Below, piece after piece: positions 48,881 to 57,357 of a DNA stretch of 64,000 nucleotides. Numbering within the stretch: position 1 is the first letter of the stretch; each line of letters begins with the position of its first letter. The position numbers and the translations under genes were made by a program. The DNA is from Gemmatimonadota bacterium (GTDB lineage Bacteria > JBHIER01 > G020348925), in NCBI GenBank assembly GCA_020348925.1, contig CP070758.1:1770030-1834029 (forward strand), given 5' to 3'. A model generated the notes under the pieces. The model was given only the letters and a program-made list of their open reading frames with translations. It was not told where the DNA came from and searched no databases.

Positions 48881-51319
48881 ATGAAACAATGGCAACGGTT
48901 GCTTTCGGTTTTTCTTGTATCACTCCTACCGGTCGCCGGATTCGCTCAACGCATTGTCAAAGAGTTTGATACTCCGGGTCCTGAGCCGAGGGGCTTGACC
49001 TGGGACGGAACATATCTCTGGTGCGCTGATGCCGAAGAGGATTCCATATTCAAGATCGATCCTGAGTCAGGTCAAGTTATTCACTCTTTCTATTTCAGCA
49101 TGACTTTTGAATTTTCCAGAGGAGGAGGAATAGCGTGGAGCGGCGACGGTGCCCTGTGGGCCACCCGTAGTACCTATTTTTATAAACTTGACGCGAACAC
49201 CGGTCAGAGCATAACAAACTTTCACTGTCCTGGGGGCTGAAGCGTCCGACCGGCGGGCGTGACCCGCCAAGGGAGTTACCTCTGGTATTACGATCAAACA
49301 TCCAATTACGTTGGGAAAACGACCACCGGAGGGAGTCTTCTGGCCAATTTCATCCCGAGCGACAACACTCTCCGAGACCTTTGTTGGGACGGCACCCATC
49401 TCTGGACCATGAACATCTCAGGCGAGATAAAGAAATATACCACATCCGGAGTTCTCGAAGAAACCGTTACCGATCTTCTCCCAAGAGGATGGGGCATAAC
49501 GTTCGACGGCTCACATCTGTGGGCCTCGGATCCTCAAACCGATAAGATCTATCAAATAGCACTCTCCGATGACTCAGATCCCCCCGGAGCGCCGCTGATC
49601 CAAAGCGCAACGCATTCCTTCGATTCAGCCTGGTACAGCGATCCCGATCCGGTTTTCACCCTCACGCAACCTGAAGATCCTTCGGGTATCGCCGGATACA
49701 GCTATCTCCTGGATGAACACGCTGAGACCGTCCCTGACAATTCTGTCGACGGAACAGGAACGACGGTCGCCTATGTATCCATCCAGGATGGAAAATGGTA
49801 TTTCCACTGTCGGGCTCAGGATGGGGCCGGGAATTGGGGCGAGACAAATCACTACAGAATTCAGATCGATACGACACCTCCGGCAGGTGGCACCATCCTC
49901 ATCGAGGATGACGCCGACACGACGAAATCCTTAGTGGTAACCTTGGGCAATCTCCAAGCCGAAGATACTCTCTCGGGAATGGGTTCCGGTGCAGCCATGA
50001 AATTCAGCAACTACGGATCCGTCTGGTCAGACGAAGAGCCTTTCAGGGACACCCGCACGGGCTGGGATCTCTCACAATATGGCGGAAATGATTCCTCGGG
50101 TCTGAAAAGGGTCTTCGTCTCTTTCCGAGATGTGGCCGGGAACTGGTCCCAGCCCCTCTTCGATGAGATCATCTACAGCGCACCTCTTGTCGTTGAAACA
50201 GAATCGCTGAGTGCAGGTACCCTGGGTTTCGCTTATGCCGAAACGCTTTTCGCCTCAGGCGGTTGGCCACCCTATGAGTGGGAGATTGGTGGGGGTGCAT
50301 TACCTCCTGACCTGGAACTCGATACTACTGGCATCATATCAGGGAAACCGGATTCGGCCGGAACATTCACTTTTACGGTGACTGTAACTGACGCCAACAT
50401 GTCCGCAACAATGAAGGATTATACAATCACCATTCACATTGAGGCCGAAAAGGGAGACGTGAACGGCGACGCGGATGTCAATATTCTTGATATCATCGCC
50501 GTTGTTCGATATATCCTCGGATTGGAGGAGTTTACCCCTCTTCAAATATGGGCGGCTGACGTCATAACCGACGGCGCCATCGATGTAACGGACATCCTGG
50601 GCATCGTCAACCTCATCCTCGAATCGCCTGGTGGAGGACGGTTGATGCTCTCACAGGGGCAGGCCCTCATCGGCCTCGAAGAAGACACACGCTTTCCCAA
50701 TGCCCACAATACCACAGCTGTTACCTTGAAGAGTCAAATACCTGTGGCTGGAATCCAGCTGAACATAAGGCTGGCTTCAGGTTCAAAGCTAACACGCCCG
50801 CCTCAATTGACACAGTGGAGTCAAACTTTTCAATGCAGCTATAAAATCAACGAGAATAATGTCTTACTTCTGTTGTACAGCCTGTCACACGAGATCATTT
50901 CACTGCCCTATCCTGTTCCAATTGTGAATCTCCGTATCCCTGAGGATGCCTACCCCGTATACATTGAAAGTGTCATCGTCGCTGACAAAAACGGCCAGCC
51001 AATCACCGTCGGCAACGATCCTGAAAAGCTGAGCTCTGCCCGGCAGGGGACGGACGTTCAAAGCCATCCGAATCCCTTTAATACGGAAACGTTCCTGTCG
51101 TTCACCCTTGAAAAGAGAGAATACGTCACACTGTCTGTCTACAATGTCCTGGGTCAAATGGTCAGAACACTCGTGAGCGGGGAGTGTGATCCGGGCGAAC
51201 ATGTGGTGAGCTGGGACGGCACGGACTGGACCGGCAATACACTTCCCAGCGGAGTCTATTTCAGCCGAATAGAAGTGGGAAATATCGGAACCGTTAGGGA
51301 GATGCTCCTTTTGAAGTGA
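48881..51319 (+). CDS. Paralog of 45938..48691 with the same domain order (beta-propeller, PPxAP module, putative Ig, dockerin, cohesin-like, T9SS CTD). It is interrupted by an in-frame TGA at 49238-49240, presumed recoded.
   Basis: RBS gagaggtgg upstream. Signal peptide MKQWQRLLSVFLVSLLPVAGFAQ. The ORFs 48758..49240 and 49259..51319 share a frame and are split only by a TGA after ...FHCPGG. Dockerin: GDVNGDADVNILDIIAVVRYIL...DGAIDVTDILGIVNLIL. T9SS CTD: HPNPFNTETFLSFTL...YNVLGQMVRTLV...SGVYFSRI. Confidence 0.6.
49238..49268 (+). promoter_or_regulatory. In-frame UGA with a downstream hairpin (ggcgggCGUGAcccgcc, 49252-49268). Candidate SECIS-like recoding element.
   Basis: The TGA at 49238-40 is followed 11 nt later by a 6-bp GC stem with a CGUGA loop (a GU dinucleotide in the apical loop). 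It is positionally equivalent to the hairpin at 46320-46334, although the sequences differ. Confidence 0.5.
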
Positions 51320-51344
51320 TGTGGTGGGACACGAATCGTGACAG

Positions 51345-51376
51345 AGACGAAAGCCACCCAGGTCCGATCTTGGGTG
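51345..51376. terminator. Rho-independent terminator between the convergent genes 48881..51319 (+) and 51417..52112 (-).
   Basis: gccaccca-ggtccgatct-tgggtggc stem (8 bp GC-rich) followed by TTTTTT on the + strand. It is A-rich on the 5' side, so it may also function for the minus-strand gene. Confidence 0.6.
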
Positions 51377-51416
51377 GCTTTTTTAAAATGATTAAATATA
51401 CGGCAATGAATTCTTC

Positions 51417-52112
51417 CTATTCCTCTCGAATCAGCTCCTTGAGAAGCGTTGTGAGCACCCTGGCCAGTTTCCGTTCTTCACTTGTTTGACGGAGATTGAA
51501 CGTGTCAATATCGCCCTTGGCTCCGCGCTGCTGAGAGCCATCACGGACAACGGCCAGAATAGCCGGCTTCGCACCGTACTGGATGGATGTAAAAAATGCT
51601 CGCAAATCTTTTATCGTACCATCTTTACATCGGATTGCGAACGTCCCCTGCTCAGGCAGCTCGCCACCCATTGTATACCCTTGATAAATCTGTCTGATTC
51701 GTTCCTTCTCCGCTGGAAAAGCGTGTGTGTCATAGGTTTTATCCAGCATATCCTCGTTCGTGTACCCCATGATTCGCTTGAGCGCTTTATTGAAGAACTT
51801 GTGGGCTCCGTCCTGGATAACCGTGACACCGTCCTCAAACCTATTGAGAAAAGCTGTAAAATGTTCGTCCGGCTGGCCGGATGTGTCGACGCCTTGATAC
51901 ATCTGCCCCTCGCCCGTCAGGAGCCAGTCGAGGGAAAAACCCATTTCACAGAGTTTTTTCAGAATTTCATCTTCCGGAAGTCTCCCCTTCTCATAATTGC
52001 AGATGGCCGGTCCTGTCTTGCCAAATCGCGTTCCAAATTCAACCTGGTTTTCACCAAGACTCTTACGAATTTTGACTAACCTTTCACCACGTTCCTTGTC
52101 AAGTGTTGCCAT
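51417..52112 (-). CDS. XRE-family HTH transcriptional regulator with a C-terminal PAS-like sensor domain.
   Basis: N-terminal Cro/C1-type HTH (LVKIRKSLGENQVEFGTRFGKTGPAICNYEKGRLP). The C-terminal roughly 120 aa carry PAS-like features (IMGYTNEDMLDKTYDTHAFPAEKERIRQIY...GTFAIRCKDGTIKDL). Confidence 0.6.
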   Translation of the reverse strand: MATLDKERGERLVKIRKSLGENQVEFGTRFGKTGPAICNYEKGRLPEDEILKKLCEMGFSLDWLLTGEGQMYQGVDTSGQPDEHFTAFLNRFEDGVTVIQDGAHKFFNKALKRIMGYTNEDMLDKTYDTHAFPAEKERIRQIYQGYTMGGELPEQGTFAIRCKDGTIKDLRAFFTSIQYGAKPAILAVVRDGSQQRGAKGDIDTFNLRQTSEERKLARVLTTLLKELIREE

Positions 52113-53468
52113 TTCAAAAACCTCGCGAAAAAAACCGCTACTCCTAAGGTGAAAAATACCGATGTCTGCTCATTATGCTCACTGCGAAACGAACGAGCCT
52201 CTGAGCAAACTCTCTCTGAATAAATTGTAAAACTGAAACTCTGCAAACCCGCATCAGCGCTGTTGGCAGCACCGCGACCCCACATCACCTAAAGCAACTC
52301 CAAATATAATGCAAAAAATTGTAAAATGCAAACTACAAATTTAAGAGCGGTTGATTTTCAGCGAACGCCCGAAGGACTCCGGTGATGTTCCGGTTTCTCA
52401 ATGTTCTGAAGCCCGAGCCCAAAGACCGTCAGGCGAACGGGACCCTTCGATGACGTTTCTGGTGAGCGGAGCCTGGCCGGAGCTTACCGAAATGTTGAAT
52501 TGTTCGTGACAGGCTCTTATTTTCCGCCCTCCGAATCCCCGCAAAACCGTGGATGAGTTCAAAAAGAGAGCGCAGGGGGACGGACGACGATCCCGGCGAA
52601 GGCTGGGGCTGTTTTCCCTTTTTGCTTCGAATACATTTCGGAAATTCCCAAAATTTTCGAAATGTATATCAGGTGGTTTGGAGAAAAGGATCGCTTCCCT
52701 CCGGGAGGCGGCAGGATTTCGATGTGAGCTGGCGGAGCAGCGAATGCACCATATCCTGAAATCTTTCGGGACCGGAAGTGTTGAGCGATGCGAATACTTC
52801 TTCAATGACGGTAAAAAAGGAAGAGCACAACATCTTTCCCCTTAGAAGCAAGAAGTGAACGAAGGTCAAAACCGGCCTCTTTCCACTCCTGACACCATGC
52901 CTTCACTTCGTGCATTCCGAGCATCTCACCGACGAGAGGAAACAGATCGCTCACAACTTCCTGCCACGAAACATGTCTCTATTATTGACCAGGAGTCTCA
53001 CCTGACAGAGAGCAGGCCGGGTGAAAGCGCGGGGCGAACGTCCTCACGCGCTGAGGAGGATGCCTGTGAAGGGAGGAGCATCTCGTGAATCAAAGTGAGA
53101 AACAGAAACCGACAAGTGCAATTGAGGCAGGTCGTAAAGGGAAGGGGAGCCAATTATAACCAGATCCGTATAAAGAAACGAAAGTCCGGCTCGACGGGAT
53201 TTCGCCCTCCAAAAAGTGATCGGGACTTGTAGATTTTGGCTGGGAGAAAGGGGTTGGGATCCGAGATTCCTCACCATTTTTATACATGACGACCAAAATC
53301 TTTGCGAATGGAACGGTTGTGCATGACTCCCTTGTGTTATCTCCCCATATCAAGAGAGGACTGGGGGGTTGGAAACCGTTCACAGCAAATCTCGGTACAT
53401 CTGCGCAATTCCTTGTGACGGTCCGTGAAGCATCCATACGGGATTTTGGGAGCGAGGTACGATTACGC

Positions 53469-53783
53469 TCACTCCACCTTGACTGCAGTGCCGTATACCA
53501 GTATCTCCGAAGCGCCGGACATGACCATGGATGTGGTTATCCGGATACACACAACGGCATTCGCCCCCAGGTCTTCGGCCTCCTCGACCAGGCGATCGAG
53601 CGCCTGCTCCCGAGACTCGGCCATCATCTTCGTATAGTCGGAAATCTCTCCGCCGACAATACCGCGCAAACCGGCCACGATATCCCTGCCCACATGTCTG
53701 GCCCGGATAGTATTGCCCTTCACCAATCCATAATGCTTCACTATCTTCTTGCCCGGAATATCGCTTGATGTTGACAACAGCAT
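53469..53783 (-). CDS. ybjQ: YbjQ/UPF0145 (DUF74) family protein.
   Basis: MLLSTSSDIPGKKIVKHYGLVKGNTIRARHVGRDIVAGLRGIVGGEI...ANAVVCIRIT...ILVYGTAVKV matches the YbjQ fold pattern. It starts 2 nt after the anti-sigma gene stop. Confidence 0.7.
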   Translation of the reverse strand: MLLSTSSDIPGKKIVKHYGLVKGNTIRARHVGRDIVAGLRGIVGGEISDYTKMMAESREQALDRLVEEAEDLGANAVVCIRITTSMVMSGASEILVYGTAVKVE

Positions 53784-53785
53784 AT

Positions 53786-54232
53786 CTACCTCCTGACGTC
53801 TCTGTATCGATCCCTTTTCCAAAAATAGAGCCGCTCTCTCAGAACCGAGATAAAAAGAATGGCCACCCCTACAATCAGACCCAGAATTGCCACTTTCACA
53901 AAAAGCCCTACGGTTGGATCGGCAATAAACTCCTCAACCGCCTTATAGCCGCCGTAGCAAAGCAGAAGAATCCCACAAATGGAGAGCAATATCCAACCGA
54001 CACCTCTTTCAATACGGTTGTAGATTACCGACCAATAATCCCGCCAGATTTTATCCTCAGGGCTCGTCAGTTTCATTCCGTCTGTCACCTCCTTCAATTT
54101 TCTGTAATGCTCCAGCTCTGACGAGCATTCGGCGCAACTTCGGACGTGTCCCAAGAATGCACCCCTGTCGTGCTCGTTCAACTCATCGTCAATGTAGCCC
54201 ATCATCAGATTCTTAAACTTCTCGCAGCTCAT
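53786..54232 (-). CDS. zf-HC2 anti-sigma factor (single TM).
   Basis: N-terminal HVRSCAECSSELEH (HxxxCxxC zinc motif), followed by a TM stretch WILLSICGILLLCYGG...VAILGLIVGVAILFISVL. It lies downstream of the ECF sigma gene. Confidence 0.75.
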   Translation of the reverse strand: MSCEKFKNLMMGYIDDELNEHDRGAFLGHVRSCAECSSELEHYRKLKEVTDGMKLTSPEDKIWRDYWSVIYNRIERGVGWILLSICGILLLCYGGYKAVEEFIADPTVGLFVKVAILGLIVGVAILFISVLRERLYFWKRDRYRDVRR

Positions 54233-54290
54233 TCCTCAACACCTCCTTTTTCCATCGAACTTTGCACAGACATATGAATTGAGCATCACT

Positions 54291-54866
54291 TCACTCCACT
54301 TCAGTATGTTGTTCCAATTTCTGTCTCAAAGCTCGTCTGGCATAATACAAGCGGGACATGACTGTCCCCTGGCTGCACGAGAGAACCTCGGCAATCTCAC
54401 GATACGTGAGGTTTTGAAAATGACGCAGAATGATGATCTCCCGATCGCGGGGCTTGAGCGAAGAGATGGCCTTCCACACCCTGTCCTTTACGGCATCCCT
54501 CTCCACCATAAGGTTCGGATCAAAAGAGAGGGAGAGCTCCTCCCTCTCAACGCGTTCGCTCAAATCCTCCAAAGCGATCCGGGGATTGGCCCTTTGCTCC
54601 CGTAACCAGTTAAAACACAGATTTTTCAGAATCTGATAGAACCACGGGAAGAAACGTCGATTCGGATCGAATTTCCTGCGATGGCGATAGACCCTCACAA
54701 AAGCTTCCTGTGAAAGATCCAGGGCGACATCATGCTGGCCGACCAATCCTAAAGCGATGAAATACGCCTTGCGCATGTATTTCTTGACGAGAAACTCGAA
54801 GGCTTTCGTTTCCCCCTTTCGCCAGCGTACTACGAAATGTGTTTCATCATCCATCGCTCGGTTCAT
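54291..54866 (-). CDS. ECF-subfamily RNA polymerase sigma factor (sigma-24-like).
   Basis: Region 2 (FEFLVKKYMRKAYFIALGLVGQHDVALDLSQEAFVRVY) and region 4 (LTYREIAEVLSCSQGTVMSRLYYARRAL) motifs. Confidence 0.85.
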   Translation of the reverse strand: MNRAMDDETHFVVRWRKGETKAFEFLVKKYMRKAYFIALGLVGQHDVALDLSQEAFVRVYRHRRKFDPNRRFFPWFYQILKNLCFNWLREQRANPRIALEDLSERVEREELSLSFDPNLMVERDAVKDRVWKAISSLKPRDREIIILRHFQNLTYREIAEVLSCSQGTVMSRLYYARRALRQKLEQHTEVE

Positions 54867-55083
54867 ACTGTCCCCTGTGTGAAAAAAACTTTTTCAAAGA
54901 AGTCTTGCTTGCTCTACTGGAATTTCATTCAATGAATATACACAGACATAGATCGTTTTATTCAAAAATTTTTTCCATGGTTCTTTGATCGCCCTGTATC
55001 TCAAAAGGGAGCGGGAATATGGAGAGACCCACGCCTATACTGAGAGAGTGAAAGAGTGCGATTCTACAAATAAATGAATCGCG

Positions 55084-57273
55084 CTATGCAAAAATATTTT
55101 CAGCCCCTGAATCTCTGATGAAAAGGCAGGAGGTTTTGAGCGTGTCGGCCACTTTCCTCAAGTATTTAGGGTCTATTGTTTCAGCCAAGCCAAAGATATT
55201 GATATCGGCTTCAGGGGCACTGTCGAGCGCCTCTTCGAAGTCTCCCGCGAGGACAACCGCTTCCGTGTGACTTGGCATACGGGCCGCATCGCGAAATTTA
55301 TAGAGATGAGTTATCACTCTTTTTACGTTCTCTTCCGAATCGACGGCGCGGAGCAATCTGAGAGCACCCTCCCAATTCTTCACCAATTGGATGCTCACGA
55401 TTATGGCTAAATCCTTGTTCGGACTCTCTTGCCTGAGCCAAAGGTTGACTTTCTTTTTACAGCCGAAACCCCTCTTCGGATGCTGTCTCAAGAGAATCAT
55501 TCCCAGACCGTGCATCCTTCCGTGTTCGATCAATCGGATGAGTTGTCCGTCCTTTTTCGAATCCTCACTCAAAGTGATAAAGAGCGTGTTCGGGGGAAAA
55601 AACATTCCCTTCAAGATTTGCATCACAATAGCGCTGCCACCCACGAAATCATCATCCTCGATGGATGTCGAGGTCAGAAAGAGACCTTCCTCCTTCAAGG
55701 GCGTGATCAAACGGTCAAGATCCTTTGAGACCGCATCCTTTTGTTGAGCCGGAACGCTCCCTGTTTTGCCCGGGGTCGAAGCGACTTTCTTCCCTTTTTC
55801 AATGACACGAACGTGAAAGACCCGCAATGTCCCGCCGGGATAAATGATATCTCTGACGAATTGGATGAGGGTTGTCCATACTTTCGGATCCTCTATGGGT
55901 ACGAGCAAATTGGGTCTCCAGGATTTGGCATGATGAGGAAATTTTACAGCGGTTTTGGCTGCCCACTCGGCAATGGAGACGAACAGGGCTTCGCGCACAT
56001 CTCCCCACCGGACCTTGAGATGTTTCTTGAGAAGAAACATATAGACAGCAATAATTATGGCGATGGCCGCGACACTGAAAACCGGATTAATAAGAACCAT
56101 GGCCGCAAGGGCGGCTCCACCGCCGAATAGAGGGATGCCCTTGGGGATACGAAAGGACGGTCGAAAGCTGACAATGCCGATGCCCTGCTCGATGGCGACG
56201 ACAATGTTTACCATGGCGTAGGTGATCAAAAAGAACATGGTCAACAGAGGTGCGATGGTATCGAGTTCCCCAAGCAGGAGACTGATTTCTACTATGAGGC
56301 CGGTAAACAAAATTGCGTTTCGCGGCTCTCCGGTTTTACTCGTTTTGGAAAAGAAGGAGGACAAGGGGGCGACGCGATGACGGCCCAAGGCCTGCAAGGT
56401 TCGAGGACCGCTCACCAGACAAGCAAGGGCTGAGGAGACGGTGGCTCCCATAATGGCCGCAATAACCGCCCAGGGCCAGCGCGCCAACAGAATCATAATG
56501 TTCGTATTTGTTACCAACTCATCAGCGCTGCTGTGCCGGGCCAGCCAGATGGCTGTGAGGAGATATAAAACGAAGGTCACCGCGATGGCCGACATAATAC
56601 CGATGGGGATGCTTCTTCTTGGATTCCTCAAATCCCCGGACATGGCTGCTCCGGCCTCTGTCCCGGTCACAGCCGGAAAGAAAATCGCGAACGCGCCCCA
56701 AAAACCAACATTCGCGAACCGACCCCAGGTCACAATCTGGGGTTGGACCTCACCTCTGCCCAGAAAAAATGAGATGAAGGCAAAGGCGATCACGGCCATG
56801 ATGAGAAACTGCACCTTCATGGCCAACTTGGCACTGACATACGAGAGAACAATCAGGATAAGGAGAAGCAGGGATGAGATGATCCTGGGATCCTGGGTGG
56901 GAAAGATGCTCTGCCAGGCCTCGGTAAAACCGATAATATACATGGCCGCACCGAGCGTGAAGGAGAAATAGAGGGGCAGACCTATGGCTCCTCCAACTTC
57001 CGGTCCCAGGGATTTGGCAATAATATCGTAGGAGCCGCCGGCGCCAACCTTGATGTTCGTGCAGATCGAAGAGAGCGAGAAAGCATAACTGATGGTGATG
57101 AGGTGGGCAATGACCATTATGAGAATCGCCCCTCCCAAACCGCCCGTGCCAACCACCCATCCGAGTCGCAGAAACAATATGACGCCAAAGATGGTCAACA
57201 CTGCCGGCGTGAAGACACCCTCAAAGGTGCCGAATTTTCTAGATGTCGTGCCTGTTGACATACTCCTCAACAC
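55084..57273 (-). CDS. Cation-chloride cotransporter (SLC12/CCC family)-like APC-superfamily transporter with a C-terminal cytoplasmic domain.
   Basis: N-terminal KFGTFEGVFTPAVLTIFGVILFLRLGWVVGTGG is the SLC12 signature region. Twelve TM helices. About 250 aa of hydrophilic C-terminal domain. Confidence 0.75.
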   Translation of the reverse strand: MLRSMSTGTTSRKFGTFEGVFTPAVLTIFGVILFLRLGWVVGTGGLGGAILIMVIAHLITISYAFSLSSICTNIKVGAGGSYDIIAKSLGPEVGGAIGLPLYFSFTLGAAMYIIGFTEAWQSIFPTQDPRIISSLLLLILIVLSYVSAKLAMKVQFLIMAVIAFAFISFFLGRGEVQPQIVTWGRFANVGFWGAFAIFFPAVTGTEAGAAMSGDLRNPRRSIPIGIMSAIAVTFVLYLLTAIWLARHSSADELVTNTNIMILLARWPWAVIAAIMGATVSSALACLVSGPRTLQALGRHRVAPLSSFFSKTSKTGEPRNAILFTGLIVEISLLLGELDTIAPLLTMFFLITYAMVNIVVAIEQGIGIVSFRPSFRIPKGIPLFGGGAALAAMVLINPVFSVAAIAIIIAVYMFLLKKHLKVRWGDVREALFVSIAEWAAKTAVKFPHHAKSWRPNLLVPIEDPKVWTTLIQFVRDIIYPGGTLRVFHVRVIEKGKKVASTPGKTGSVPAQQKDAVSKDLDRLITPLKEEGLFLTSTSIEDDDFVGGSAIVMQILKGMFFPPNTLFITLSEDSKKDGQLIRLIEHGRMHGLGMILLRQHPKRGFGCKKKVNLWLRQESPNKDLAIIVSIQLVKNWEGALRLLRAVDSEENVKRVITHLYKFRDAARMPSHTEAVVLAGDFEEALDSAPEADINIFGLAETIDPKYLRKVADTLKTSCLFIRDSGAENIFA

Positions 57274-57357
57274 TCCCGACTCGTTCCAAGATTTTGTTGA
57301 AAGAAACTGCTGTTCCTAATCTCACGAACAGGGAACATGGATGTTTGATTTTGGACC

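Noticed and set aside
45863-51319. Alternative explanation of the in-frame TGAs as a UGA-sense genetic code (code 4/25), or as two-gene operons (small secreted propeller + large cargo).
   Set aside because: lepA, the M24 peptidase and many other genes here terminate at TGA with normal lengths, so UGA is not globally a sense codon. The downstream ORFs lack signal peptides but carry T9SS CTDs. Amino-acid conservation also runs across the TGA in frame, which argues against independent genes.
53160-53200. RNase P RNA-like P4 motif 'gaaagtccggctc'.
   Set aside because: It is one G short of the GGAAAGUCCGGGCUCC consensus. The only other RNase-P-like motif (ggcaggt...aaggg) lies upstream rather than downstream, which is the wrong order. 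No P4 3'-strand (ACAGAACCCGGCUUA-like) partner was found.
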